This document shows positions 9,115 through 18,228 of a DNA stretch of 59,607 nt, piece by piece. This stretch comes from Flavobacteriales bacterium (GTDB lineage Bacteria; Bacteroidota; Bacteroidia; Flavobacteriales_D; Crocinitomicaceae): contig CANGLG010000001.1 of the NCBI GenBank assembly GCA_947454395.1, positions 1 to 59,607 of the forward strand, read 5' to 3'. Made by a program: the position numbers and the translations under genes. Within the stretch, counting starts at the first letter, position 1, and the number at the start of each line of letters is the position of its first letter. A model generated the notes under the pieces. It did not search any database, had not been told where the DNA came from, and was given only the letters and a program-made list of their open reading frames with translations.

Positions 9115-9665
9115 GTACGACAAAGTGGACGGTATTTTTCAACTGCACCTACCAAAACCTGTCCTGATTCACTCGCCGTACGGTGCGAAAACTGTGCTAA
9201 GTTACCACAAGAAACGCAAATGGCATGAACTTTTGTTACGTATTCAGCAATGGACAGTAATTTTGGCATTGGACCAAAAGGAATCCTAAGATAATCCATG
9301 TCAAGTCCAGCGATAACCACTCGAACTCCTTTGTCGGCAAGTTCATTGCTTACTTCAACCAAATGTTCATCAAAAAACTGTGCTTCATCAATTGCCACAA
9401 TTTTTTGATTTTTCCATTTGGTAAGAATTTCTTGTGATGACTTTACGATTTCAGCCTTAAACTCAGTTCCTTTGTGGCTCACTACTTTTTCCTGACTGTA
9501 ACGATTATCAATCTCCGGTTTGAACATAATTAAAGGCTGATTTGCAAATTCAGCTCTTCTTATTCGACGGATCAATTCTTCCGTTTTACCTGAAAACATT
9601 GATCCACAAATTACTTCAATCCAACCATTTTGTCTCCCTTCTCCTGGGAATTGTTCCAAAAACAT
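9090..9665 (-). CDS. tdk: thymidine kinase
   Basis: P-loop GSMFSGKTEELIRRIRR, VIGIDEAQFF-like VAIDEAQFF, and C-terminal Cys pairs CVSCG...CRTCY. ATG start. Confidence 0.95.
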   Translation of the reverse strand: MFLEQFPGEGRQNGWIEVICGSMFSGKTEELIRRIRRAEFANQPLIMFKPEIDNRYSQEKVVSHKGTEFKAEIVKSSQEILTKWKNQKIVAIDEAQFFDEHLVEVSNELADKGVRVVIAGLDMDYLRIPFGPMPKLLSIAEYVTKVHAICVSCGNLAQFSHRTASESGQVLVGAVEKYRPLCRTCYHIATT

Positions 9666-9739
9666 AACTTCTTTAAGTTCTTAACAATTATTGTATGAGA
9701 AAAAAACGATCAGTTTGAATTCAACTGAATGTAGTTTTC

Positions 9740-9747
9740 TAAATTTG
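9740..9747 (+). promoter_or_regulatory. possible -7 box TAAATTTG upstream of the acidic protein gene
   Basis: Matches TAnnTTTG but lies 82 nt before the ATG at 9830, further than the other cases. Confidence 0.25.
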
Positions 9748-9829
9748 AATTCGAAAGTCGCTAATTCCTGCAGAAGTGCAAAGCAGAAGTTAGAAAATTT
9801 CTCAGAATGTTAATAAAAAGTAAAAGATT

Positions 9830-10768
9830 ATGAAAGAGCTGATTTCATCCATCCAGTACAAACTGTCTAAAATCGAAGAGGGAAATATTACTCTCGCTGA
9901 AATGGAACAACTAGTTTCCGATTCAAGAGAGTTAAACGAGCGTTTGATTGTACTTCGTTATAAAGTATATGAACAAGGTGTTTTAGGAATAGACATTTCT
10001 ATTGATGATGAGACTAATATAGAGGACCCATTAGCTGAAATTGAAATCGATATCGTTTCAAATGAAGATCAAGTTGAAATAACGGAATCTCCAAACGAAA
10101 ATATTGCAGAAATAGAAGATAATAGCGAATTTGAAATTCCTTTCGAACTTGATTTGTTCGCTGCAAAAGATGAACAAACTTCGGAAGAAACATCTAAAGA
10201 ATTTGAAAAAGAAGAAATTATCGAAAAAAATACTATTATAACTAATTCTTATGATGAAGAAACAGGTGTTGAAGAAGAAGTTATTACACATGAAGAAACT
10301 CACATTTTTGAAGAAGAACACGCAACAATTGTAGTTGAAACGGAAGAAAAAACAATTATTACAACTTTCAATGATCCGGAGCCTGAAGCTCCTTCATTCA
10401 TTGAATCTGCGCAAACCTCTTTTGAGGAGTCTACAAGTTCAACTTCAAATAATGATTCAGAAATAACGAATAGAATAAAATCAATTGAACAAAGTTTGGG
10501 TTCGAATTATTCCATTATGCCTTTGGACACACTGATTGGCTCTTTTACTTTAAATGAAAGACTGCAATTTATCAACGAACTTTTTGAAGGTTCAAGTGAT
10601 GCGTTTTCGACGGCAGTAAAAAAATTAGATAGCCAGGATAACCTGAATGCTGCACGTTCAATTGTTGCAGAATATGCTCAAAATAACGAATGGGACTTGG
10701 ATAGTGAAATTGTTGAAGATTTTCTTGTAAAAATCTGTCGTCGTTATGCGGCTGATCTTTCTGCTTAG
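9830..10768 (+). CDS. hypothetical highly acidic protein with a low-complexity Glu/Thr/Ile-rich centre
   Basis: Long ATG-initiated ORF. Ordered-looking N-terminus (MKELISSIQYKLSKIEEGNITLAEMEQL...) and C-terminus (...LQFINELFEGSSDAFSTAVKKLD...). The centre is dominated by E/D/T/S. Confidence 0.6.
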   Translation: MKELISSIQYKLSKIEEGNITLAEMEQLVSDSRELNERLIVLRYKVYEQGVLGIDISIDDETNIEDPLAEIEIDIVSNEDQVEITESPNENIAEIEDNSEFEIPFELDLFAAKDEQTSEETSKEFEKEEIIEKNTIITNSYDEETGVEEEVITHEETHIFEEEHATIVVETEEKTIITTFNDPEPEAPSFIESAQTSFEESTSSTSNNDSEITNRIKSIEQSLGSNYSIMPLDTLIGSFTLNERLQFINELFEGSSDAFSTAVKKLDSQDNLNAARSIVAEYAQNNEWDLDSEIVEDFLVKICRRYAADLSA

Positions 10769-11987
10769 TTTCTTCCTTCCTGCACTTGGATTTGGTCAAA
10801 GTGATCGCGTAAGACAATTCACAAAAACACTTTGTTCATCTGAATTTCATGGTAGGGGCTACGTCAACGGAGGAGATTCAATTGCAGCAGAATATATTGC
10901 CAATACATTCAAAGAATTGGGTTTAAAACAGATAGCTAATTCTTACTTTCAACCGTTTTCTTTTTCAGTTAATACTTTTCCAAATGAGCTTGAACTTAAG
11001 CTCGGGAATAGGCTATTGGTTCCAGGAATACATTATTTAGTAGACCCTTCAAGTGGAGGGGGTAAATTTGAAGGAAATTTATTGAAATTAACTTTCGATG
11101 ATTTGTACAACAATAAATTCGAAAGCAAAAAAATTAAACAAGGAACGGTTTTAATTTGGAAAAATACTGGTTATTCAGGCGATACGTTGAAGAAGTTAAA
11201 TCAAAAACTTGCGAGTCTTCGTTCCAGCGCACCGATTATCGAAGTTGTTAATTCAAAGTTTACTTGGTCGGTATCTCAAGAAAGTCGTAAATATCCTTTT
11301 CTTCAAGTTCAAGATTCCGTTTATAATGACTCAATAAGTCGCGTTGCAATAAATATAGACGCCCAAACGATTCGACACAAGGCTCGAAATGTACTTGGAT
11401 TTCTTCCTGCAAAAAAGAAAACAGACAAAACAATTCTAATTTCAGCGCATTACGACCACTTGGGGCAAATGGGAAGTGAAACATATTTTCCGGGTGGAAA
11501 TGATAATGCAAGCGGAAATGCTATGCTAATTGCTTTAATTGAGAAATTAAAGCAAAGTCCACTTCGTAAATACAACGTACTTTTTGTAGCTTTTGCCGGT
11601 GAAGAAATTGGACTTTTGGGGTCTCAATACATGATAAAACATCCGATAATTCCATTAAAAGACATTCGCTTCATGCTCAACCTAGACATTATGGGGAGTG
11701 GTGAAGAAGGAATAACAGTGGTGAATTCCACAATATTTAAAAAAGAATTCAATGGTCTACTGAAACTAAATAAAAAACTGAATGCCGTTCCACTTGTAAA
11801 ACCACGGGGTCCTGCAGCAAACTCCGACCATTTTTATTTCACAGAAGCCGGAGTTCCTGCATTCTTTATCTACACCATGGGTCCAAATAAACATTATCAT
11901 GATGTTTTTGACTCCTATGAAGAATTGAGTTTTAAAGCATTTGACTCCTTGAGCTTATTGCTTGAAAAATTCGTAAGGAAGCTCTAA
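10746..11987 (+). CDS. M28 family metallopeptidase (aminopeptidase)
   Basis: Signal peptide MRLIFLLSFFLPALGFG|QSD. Zinc-ligand motifs SAHYDHLG, GGNDNASGNAMLIAL and FAGEEIGLLGS. Overlaps the upstream gene by 23 nt. Confidence 0.9.
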   Translation: MRLIFLLSFFLPALGFGQSDRVRQFTKTLCSSEFHGRGYVNGGDSIAAEYIANTFKELGLKQIANSYFQPFSFSVNTFPNELELKLGNRLLVPGIHYLVDPSSGGGKFEGNLLKLTFDDLYNNKFESKKIKQGTVLIWKNTGYSGDTLKKLNQKLASLRSSAPIIEVVNSKFTWSVSQESRKYPFLQVQDSVYNDSISRVAINIDAQTIRHKARNVLGFLPAKKKTDKTILISAHYDHLGQMGSETYFPGGNDNASGNAMLIALIEKLKQSPLRKYNVLFVAFAGEEIGLLGSQYMIKHPIIPLKDIRFMLNLDIMGSGEEGITVVNSTIFKKEFNGLLKLNKKLNAVPLVKPRGPAANSDHFYFTEAGVPAFFIYTMGPNKHYHDVFDSYEELSFKAFDSLSLLLEKFVRKL

Positions 11988-11988
11988 A

Positions 11989-12351
11989 TTATTTTTTTTG
12001 AATTCGAATCAGGAAAAAAGTTTGTGCAATAAACTGAAAGAAAAATAATAATAATCCATGATAGACTAATTCATCTGGCTGATTTGTATAAATGAAAGCA
12101 GTTTCAACAGATAAAAATGACAGCATCTGAACCGATGTCATAATTAAAAACCTACTTGCTATTGGCTCACCTTTCTTCAATGAAAGAAACAAAATCAAAC
12201 CACTAATCAGGAATATTATTGTTAGAGAAAGCATATTTATAATAGCAGGCTTCAATGGCAGCGCAAAAACCTTACTACAAATAAGCAAGAAATAAACTGA
12301 ACTTATAACAATTACTTGTAAAAGAAATTTCCAAAGAAAATTATTACTCAC
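11989..12351 (-). CDS. hypothetical small membrane protein (about 4 TM)
   Basis: GTG start overlaps the atpZ-like stop by 8 nt. Hydrophobic throughout. Last gene of the sprE string. Confidence 0.5.
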   Translation of the reverse strand: MSNNFLWKFLLQVIVISSVYFLLICSKVFALPLKPAIINMLSLTIIFLISGLILFLSLKKGEPIASRFLIMTSVQMLSFLSVETAFIYTNQPDELVYHGLLLFFFQFIAQTFFLIRIQKK

Positions 12352-12577
12352 CTTCTTTACTGATATTTATAACTTCTCGAATAACTAAATATAATGACGT
12401 TAATACGCCAAAAAGAGATAAACCAACAGTCCACCAAGGTGTTTTTGAATTGTATTTTTTATCGAGAAAATAACCCAACCAGCAGAAAAAAGCAATAATT
12501 CCTGCCATTTGCATACCAACAGTGGTAAATCGTATGAATTTACTGACTTTCTTTTTAGAATCTGACTCGTTTTTCAT
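12344..12577 (-). CDS. AtpZ/AtpI family small membrane protein
   Basis: 77 aa with two TM helices. FIRFTTVGMQMAGIIAFFCWLGYFLDKKYNSKTPWWTV matches the pattern of the putative F0F1-ATPase-associated AtpZ family. TAATG junction with the bactofilin gene. Confidence 0.7.
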   Translation of the reverse strand: MKNESDSKKKVSKFIRFTTVGMQMAGIIAFFCWLGYFLDKKYNSKTPWWTVGLSLFGVLTSLYLVIREVINISKEGE

Positions 12578-12984
12578 TAATCAAATTCGATGTCAGCTTT
12601 GAAGGTATTAGTTGCAACTGGTGATTTCATTACGCAAGCTCCTTCAAAAAATGCACCTTCTTCGATATTTAATTTAAGTGTCTGAATATCACCTTTTATT
12701 CTTGCCGTACTTCTCAATATCAATAAATTTTCAATGGTTAATTCACCATCAAGAGCACCTTCAATGTCTGCGTTAACACAAACTAAGTTTCCATTTATTT
12801 TTCCAGTGGTTCCGATTTGCACCTTTCCAGAGCATGAAATGTTTCCATTGATTTCCCCTTGGATTAACAAATTAGAATTAGAAACAATATCACCTGTAAT
12901 CTCTGTACCGGATAGTATTATATTCACTTTATCTGAAGTTTCATTCACAATACTTGAACCAAAAAATTCTTTTCGTTTTAACAT
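12577..12984 (-). CDS. bactofilin family polymer-forming cytoskeletal protein
   Basis: Beta-helix periodicity ITGDIVSNSNLLIQGEINGNISCSGKVQIGTTGKINGNLVCVNADIEGALDGELT...ARIKGDIQTLKLNIEEGAFFEG. Confidence 0.85.
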   Translation of the reverse strand: MLKRKEFFGSSIVNETSDKVNIILSGTEITGDIVSNSNLLIQGEINGNISCSGKVQIGTTGKINGNLVCVNADIEGALDGELTIENLLILRSTARIKGDIQTLKLNIEEGAFFEGACVMKSPVATNTFKADIEFD

Positions 12985-12990
12985 AACTGA

Positions 12991-15636
12991 CTAATAATTA
13001 TCGTCGTAGAATAATTTATATTCGTCAAATTTCGCAGTTTCAATTAACTTTTTCAAATTTTCTTGCGTAATTATATAAATTTTATTGTCTTGAAGGTCGT
13101 CAAGTATTTCTGCACCTGCCTTGTAAGCATTTATATATTCCTCAGCAATTTTGATAGTTGGGAATTCCTGAATCAATATAAAATTCTTTTCAGTCGTGGT
13201 CATTTTCGCTGTTACCTTTACACGTGTCGTCTTGAATTTCTTCGCGGAAAAATCAGAAATTGTGTTTTTTGCAGCATCAACATCATCCTCTTCATCGTTT
13301 AGTAAAACGATTGCATATTGAGGCACACCTGAATCGAATTTATAAATATATGTTTTGGTGAAGTTGACTGTTTCATTTTTAGAAAAACCACCATTAATTA
13401 CATCAATCATTTCTTTTGCCCGAATTGCTTGATCTGTACCCGGTTTTTCGTCTATTATGCGCTTCAACTTCGGCAACAATTCTTTTTTATTTTCGGTTAA
13501 TTGTCCAGCCGCCAACACGTTCAATAACATATATTCAGCTCTAAAAGCATTTGATTTATCCCCTTCAATAACCCTGCTTGATTCAGATAAAACTGCTTGA
13601 TAACGACCCTTATTGTATGCATCCAATTGTTCCAAATATGCAATTCCAGCTGATTGTTGATTTTGCTTTTGCTTTACATAAAAATCTGGATCTCTAAAGT
13701 AGTTAGCCGCATCTGAATTCGGGTATTTATTTAATATATACTGCTTGTATTTATCACCATTTCCTGACCCATCATTTATTTTATATAACTGAAACGCAGA
13801 TGACAAATCAGTCAAACCTTCTTTTTTTAATGCTAAAACAGCTTCAAACTGTTGTGTTGCAAGGTCATTTTCATTTAGAACTTCTTTATAAAGTACGCCT
13901 GAAGTGTACAAAGCATCCATCAATCTAATCTCTGATGCCCTAAAAGCGCTGTCAGTCAGAGGTATATCTTTTAATAAATCCGCTTCCGTAAGTTTGGTTG
14001 CGGCACTTGCAGTTGAACTCGCTTTTCCGGAACTATCAGTTTGGTCCTTATTTTTATCAATTGAACTAAAAACAACCTTATCGCTTCTTCGCCAATCATC
14101 TTCATTATCACGCGTACCCCACATTTTTTTAAATTCATTGTACCCCTCATCACGAAGTTTTGGATTGTTAAAAACAAATTTACTTCCTGAAGCATTTGTA
14201 TTCTGATTGGATTGACTTTGCAGTGCCAATAATTTAGCAGCTTCAGCTTCCTTTCTTTTTTGTTCCGCTTCTTCCATTTCTTTCAAAGTTTCCTTCAAAA
14301 AATCAGAACGTTCTCGTTCATTCATTTTCGCTATCCGCTGAACGCTGTCTTCAAAAATTGCGATTTCCACCGCTTTTACTAAGTCGGCTAACTTAATTGC
14401 TTTATTTTTTACCTCATCACCATTCGGGTAATCCTCAGGCATGAAACGAGAACAGGAATCATAATATTTTTGTGCTGCAACATAACTTTTCTCATTGTAT
14501 ACGATATCTGCAAGTTTTTCATAAGACATCGCTTTTTGACGTTTGTTGGCTGCTGAATAAAAAGTAGATTGTGTAAGATATTCTTTCGCTTTACTCTTCT
14601 CATTGCGATTTAACTCAACCAAAGCCATCGAATAATAAATTTGATCTTTAAATGGCGCATTTTTAGAATCACGAAGCATTTTTTTCAAGTCTTTTGCCAT
14701 ATTCGCTCCAGAACCCGTTATTGCTCTGTTCAATCGTGCATTAAAGGAAATCTCAGATGAAGCCGATGCTTTGATTGCTTTCCCAAAGTGATAGGACGCC
14801 GAGTCAATTTGATTTAAGTTTTGGTATACTTGAGCTAAAACGAAATGAAGTCTGGCCTTTTCCCGCTTATCTTTGCATTTGGTGATAGAGAATTGCAATC
14901 CCTCCTTTGCAGCTTCATAATCTTTTCTTTTTACGGCTAGATCCGCATAAGCTTTATAAATATCAAACTGTAAATCACGGCTCATTCTTGGACGTTCTTC
15001 TTCTCCTTCTTCTGTAGTTTTTTTCTTTTTAAGGAATGGCAAAAAATCGGATATTTTCCTTTTCTTTTGTTCCTGAGAGATTTCGTTTAAATCATCCAAT
15101 GTAAGTTTTGCATCTGCAAATTTATTTTGTTCAATACTAATTTTCGCAATCCATAATTCCGCTTCATAAGTAGATGGATCTTTTACAAAAAAACGTTTAA
15201 CAAACTGAAAATTTTTCAATGCTTTTTCGTAGTCTCTGCGATAATAAAACGCTTTTCCGACCGCCAGCCAGTTTTCATCTATCCAATTATTGTATTCCGC
15301 TTGCTTGGCATACATATTTTCGGCGCTCGGCATGCTGTGATTTAAAATCACTTTGGTGCATTTAACAACAGCTGTATCGATTGCAGGGTACATTCCTTTA
15401 ACTTCTGTATCATTTGGAACTGGGTTAACAGGCAAAATTGTGTAGAAATCTTCTTTTCGTGAATTATTATACGTTTTCAATGCAGCCTTCATCAACTCAG
15501 AAGCATTGAAATACCCGTTATATCTTGCCGTAGTTGAATGATAAGTGCGATTCAAAAAGGAATTTTTTTCCGTAGAGCAAGCCACAACGACAAGCGCTAT
15601 GAAAGAAAATAAAATAAACGAAAAACGATTCCTCAT
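12991..15636 (-). CDS. sprE: T9SS periplasmic TPR lipoprotein, PorW/SprE-like
   Basis: Lipobox MRNRFSFILFSFIALVVVAC followed by STEKNSFLNRTYHSTTARYNGYFNA, which matches my recollection of the conserved SprE/PorW N-terminus. About 880 aa, TPR-like helical repeats, and a central charged coiled stretch EEAEQKRKEAEAAKLL. Confidence 0.6.
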   Translation of the reverse strand: MRNRFSFILFSFIALVVVACSTEKNSFLNRTYHSTTARYNGYFNASELMKAALKTYNNSRKEDFYTILPVNPVPNDTEVKGMYPAIDTAVVKCTKVILNHSMPSAENMYAKQAEYNNWIDENWLAVGKAFYYRRDYEKALKNFQFVKRFFVKDPSTYEAELWIAKISIEQNKFADAKLTLDDLNEISQEQKKRKISDFLPFLKKKKTTEEGEEERPRMSRDLQFDIYKAYADLAVKRKDYEAAKEGLQFSITKCKDKREKARLHFVLAQVYQNLNQIDSASYHFGKAIKASASSEISFNARLNRAITGSGANMAKDLKKMLRDSKNAPFKDQIYYSMALVELNRNEKSKAKEYLTQSTFYSAANKRQKAMSYEKLADIVYNEKSYVAAQKYYDSCSRFMPEDYPNGDEVKNKAIKLADLVKAVEIAIFEDSVQRIAKMNERERSDFLKETLKEMEEAEQKRKEAEAAKLLALQSQSNQNTNASGSKFVFNNPKLRDEGYNEFKKMWGTRDNEDDWRRSDKVVFSSIDKNKDQTDSSGKASSTASAATKLTEADLLKDIPLTDSAFRASEIRLMDALYTSGVLYKEVLNENDLATQQFEAVLALKKEGLTDLSSAFQLYKINDGSGNGDKYKQYILNKYPNSDAANYFRDPDFYVKQKQNQQSAGIAYLEQLDAYNKGRYQAVLSESSRVIEGDKSNAFRAEYMLLNVLAAGQLTENKKELLPKLKRIIDEKPGTDQAIRAKEMIDVINGGFSKNETVNFTKTYIYKFDSGVPQYAIVLLNDEEDDVDAAKNTISDFSAKKFKTTRVKVTAKMTTTEKNFILIQEFPTIKIAEEYINAYKAGAEILDDLQDNKIYIITQENLKKLIETAKFDEYKLFYDDNY

Positions 15637-15686
15637 TTTTTAAAACTACTTACAATATAACTGATTTCAAAAGCTTTTAGTATAAA

Positions 15687-16397
15687 TCAGGCGATATTTG
15701 TGAAAACTTGCTGAATATCATCGTCATCTTCAATCTTGTCAAGCATTTTTTCAATGTCAACCAATTGCTCTTCTGTAAATTCTACCGGTGAAGTCGGAAT
15801 TCGTTTAAGACTTGATTTCTGAACTTCAATCTGCATGTCTTCCAAAGCTTTAGCCAATGTTCCAAATGCTGTATAATCGCCATAAACGATAATTTGATCA
15901 TTTTCAACATCAATTTCCTCACATCCGGCATCAATTAATTCCAATTCAAGTGATTCAACATCTAAATTATCTGCCTTATTTATTTCAAAAACACTTTTTC
16001 TGGAAAACATAAATTCCATTGAACCATTAGGAACAACTGCGCCTCCAGCTTTATTGAAATAGGATTTTACATTCGCAACTGTACGCGTAGGATTATCCGT
16101 AGCACATTCAACATAAACCAAAACTCCATGAGGTCCTTTCCCCTCATAATTAACTTCGGTAAATGAAGCAACATCTTTTTGAGCTGCACGTTTAATAGCC
16201 GCTTCGATATTGTCCTTTGGCATGTTTTCCGCCTTAGCATTTTGAATAGCGGTTCGCAATTTAGCATTGGTTGTAGGGTCCATACCTCCTTCTTTGGCTG
16301 CCATCGTAATAGCTTTACCTAGTTTTGGAAACATTTTAGACATTTTGTCCCAGCGTTTTTCTTTTGCTGCTCTTCGGTATTCAAAAGCTCTTCCCAT
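15687..16397 (-). CDS. YebC/PmpR family DNA-binding transcriptional regulator
   Basis: [28 protein letters not shown]...[14 protein letters not shown]. The ATG at 16397 lies 15 nt downstream of a -7 box. The longer track start at 16430 lies upstream of that box. Confidence 0.9.
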   Translation of the reverse strand: MGRAFEYRRAAKEKRWDKMSKMFPKLGKAITMAAKEGGMDPTTNAKLRTAIQNAKAENMPKDNIEAAIKRAAQKDVASFTEVNYEGKGPHGVLVYVECATDNPTRTVANVKSYFNKAGGAVVPNGSMEFMFSRKSVFEINKADNLDVESLELELIDAGCEEIDVENDQIIVYGDYTAFGTLAKALEDMQIEVQKSSLKRIPTSPVEFTEEQLVDIEKMLDKIEDDDDIQQVFTNIA

Positions 16398-16412
16398 AAT
16401 CTGAAATTTGGG

Positions 16413-16435
16413 CAAAAGTAAGGAATTCAAAAGTA
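16413..16435 (-). promoter_or_regulatory. two tandem -7 boxes (TACTTTTG twice, 15 bp apart) upstream of the yebC-family gene
   Basis: The minus strand reads TTTTACTTTTGAATTCCTTACTTTTGCCC. The proximal box is 15 nt before the ATG at 16397. Confidence 0.4.
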
Positions 16436-16539
16436 AAATTCAAGTGCTTTGAAAGCGGATACTTCCTTGTCAATAATTTTTAAAAAGAACCATTTTTATT
16501 TCAATATAAAAATTAATAAACCAAATCTATCCTTATACG

Positions 16540-16547
16540 TATCTTTG
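16540..16547 (+). promoter_or_regulatory. putative -7 box TATCTTTG upstream of mgtE
   Basis: 15 nt before the ATG at 16563. Confidence 0.45.
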
Positions 16548-16562
16548 CAAAAAGTTTGTTCC

Positions 16563-17915
16563 ATGCGTTTTGAACTCACCAAAGAATTTCTGGAAATACT
16601 TCGCCAAAAAATTGGGGAGCAGAATACTATTTGGATTCAAGAGCAGGTACTTGATTTACACTACGCAGATATTGCTGAAATTCTTGACAAACTTACGAAT
16701 GACGAGGCAAAATTCATTTATTTTTTAGTTGACGACGACACCCAGGCAGACATCCTTATGGAGCTTGAAGAGGAAGTCAGAGACAGATTTCTAGCGTCCT
16801 TATCTACAAAGGAATTTGCCGATCAGTTGGAAAATCTTGATTCGGATGATGCTGCTGACATTCTTGGTGAGTTACCGGATGAAAAAATTCAGGAAGTCAT
16901 TGCTCAAATGGACGATGATGGAGCAGCAGAAGACATTGTTGATCTCTTAAACTACGATGAAGACACTGCTGGTGGACTGATGCAAAAAGAATTTTTTCAA
17001 GCGCAATTGGACTGGCCAGTAAACCGAGCTTTAGTTGAATTAAGAAAGCAAGCTGAGGATGTCGAGAAGGTATATAACATTTTTGTTGTCAATGAATCCA
17101 ATCACTTGGTGGGCGTTCTATCCTTGAAACGTTTACTTTTTTCAAGTAGTCGGACAAAAATTGAAGATTTATATCAATCGAAAAATATCATTTCTGTTAA
17201 AACAAGTGATTCTGCCGAGGAAGTTGCCAAAGTGATGGAAAAATACGATTTGGTCTCCGTGCCTGTTGTTGACTATCAAAATAAACTTGTAGGAAGAATT
17301 ACATTAGATGACGTTGTTGATTTTATTAAAGAAGAAGCCGATAAAGATTTCCAGTTGGCAACAGGTATTTCTGAACCAATGGACTCAGGAGCGAGTATTT
17401 GGAGGATATCATCGGCTCGCTTACCATGGTTAGTAGTCGGAATGCTGGGAGGAATTCTTGGAGCAAAAGTGATTTCAGGATTTGAGGGTAATATCACACA
17501 AATTCCAGCGTTGGCATTTTTTATCCCTTTAATAACAGCAACTGGAGGTAATGTGGGCGTGCAATCGTCAGCGATCGTTGTTCAATCTCTTGCTCGGGGT
17601 GATAAACACTTTGGTAATATATTTCCTAAACTACTCAAAGAAGCAGGCGTAGGACTTGTAAATGGAATTTTACTCGCAAGCATCATTTTTGGAATAGCTT
17701 ATGTCTTTGAAAACGCACAATTTGGTTTTGTAGTAAGCATTTCTTTATTTACAGTGATTGTATTTGCAGCAATTATTGGAACTTTGATCCCTTTAATTTT
17801 AAACAAATATAAAATAGACCCTGCGTTAGCTACAGGACCATTTATTACAACACTGAATGATGTTACAGGATTGTTTATTTATTTCACAATCGGAATGTTG
17901 CTTTTGGGTCAGTAA
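16563..17915 (+). CDS. mgtE: magnesium transporter MgtE
   Basis: Acidic N-domain, tandem CBS region, and TM domain with ATGGNVGVQSSAIVVQSL and GPFITTLNDVTGLFIYF. The ATG at 16563 lies 15 nt after the TATCTTTG box. The track start at 16449 is TTG. Confidence 0.9.
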   Translation: MRFELTKEFLEILRQKIGEQNTIWIQEQVLDLHYADIAEILDKLTNDEAKFIYFLVDDDTQADILMELEEEVRDRFLASLSTKEFADQLENLDSDDAADILGELPDEKIQEVIAQMDDDGAAEDIVDLLNYDEDTAGGLMQKEFFQAQLDWPVNRALVELRKQAEDVEKVYNIFVVNESNHLVGVLSLKRLLFSSSRTKIEDLYQSKNIISVKTSDSAEEVAKVMEKYDLVSVPVVDYQNKLVGRITLDDVVDFIKEEADKDFQLATGISEPMDSGASIWRISSARLPWLVVGMLGGILGAKVISGFEGNITQIPALAFFIPLITATGGNVGVQSSAIVVQSLARGDKHFGNIFPKLLKEAGVGLVNGILLASIIFGIAYVFENAQFGFVVSISLFTVIVFAAIIGTLIPLILNKYKIDPALATGPFITTLNDVTGLFIYFTIGMLLLGQ

Positions 17916-17957
17916 TTCTAATTGAATAAAATAATTACATTTGCAGTCCACAAAATT

Positions 17958-18045
17958 GGAGAGGTGTCCGAGTGGTTGAAGGAGCACGCCTGGAAAGTGT
18001 GTATAGGTCAAAAGCTTATCGAGGGTTCGAATCCCTCTCTCTCCG
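17958..18045 (+). tRNA. tRNA-Ser (anticodon GGA), long variable arm, no encoded CCA
   Basis: Acceptor GGAGAGG/TCTCTCC (one G-U pair). D arm TCCGAGTGGTTGAAGGA. Anticodon stem CACGC/GTGTG with loop CTGGAAA. Long variable arm TATAGGTCAAAAGCTTATC. T arm GAGGG-TTCGAAT-CCCTC. Confidence 0.9.
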
Positions 18046-18056
18046 CAAAGAATTAA

Positions 18057-18085
18057 AAAGCTAGCTGAAAGGCTGGCTTTTTTTT
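18057..18085 (+). terminator. rho-independent terminator after tRNA-Ser
   Basis: Stem AGCTAGC/GCTGGCT (7 bp, one G-U) with a 6-nt loop, followed by a T8 run. Confidence 0.6.
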
Positions 18086-18228
18086 ATAAGTTAGTGCCGT
18101 AAACTCTCGGTTTTATTTCAAAGCATAGTAATATCTGTTTAGATGCATAATTTGAAATAAATTCCATTTTTTGTGTAAAAATTTGGTTTCGACATTCCAT
18201 AAAATTGCACTCAATAAAAAATTAAAAA

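Noticed and set aside
9711-9727. Near-palindrome CAGTTTGAATTCAACTG around a GAATTC core between tdk and the acidic protein gene. A second TTTGAATTC occurs 24 nt later.
   Set aside because: It is an imperfect, short, AT-rich single occurrence. It could be an operator or a chance match, and I cannot support a call.
10000-10400. GAA/GAAGAA-rich DNA that superficially looks like a tandem repeat.
   Set aside because: I found no fixed repeat unit. It is codon-level low complexity that encodes the Glu-rich core of the acidic protein.
16431-16562. Possible long structured leader (M-box-like) or N-terminal extension for mgtE. The track ORF starts at a TTG at 16449.
   Set aside because: The extension (KADTSLSIIFKKNHFYFNIKINK...) is AT-rich junk. 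A TATCTTTG box lies at 16540, only 15 nt before the ATG at 16563, which leaves no room for a riboswitch.
17958-18228. tRNA-Ser as a possible integration site for a genomic island.
   Set aside because: There is no integrase, no repeat of the tRNA 3' end that I could spot downstream, and the flanking genes are ordinary. A terminator follows directly.
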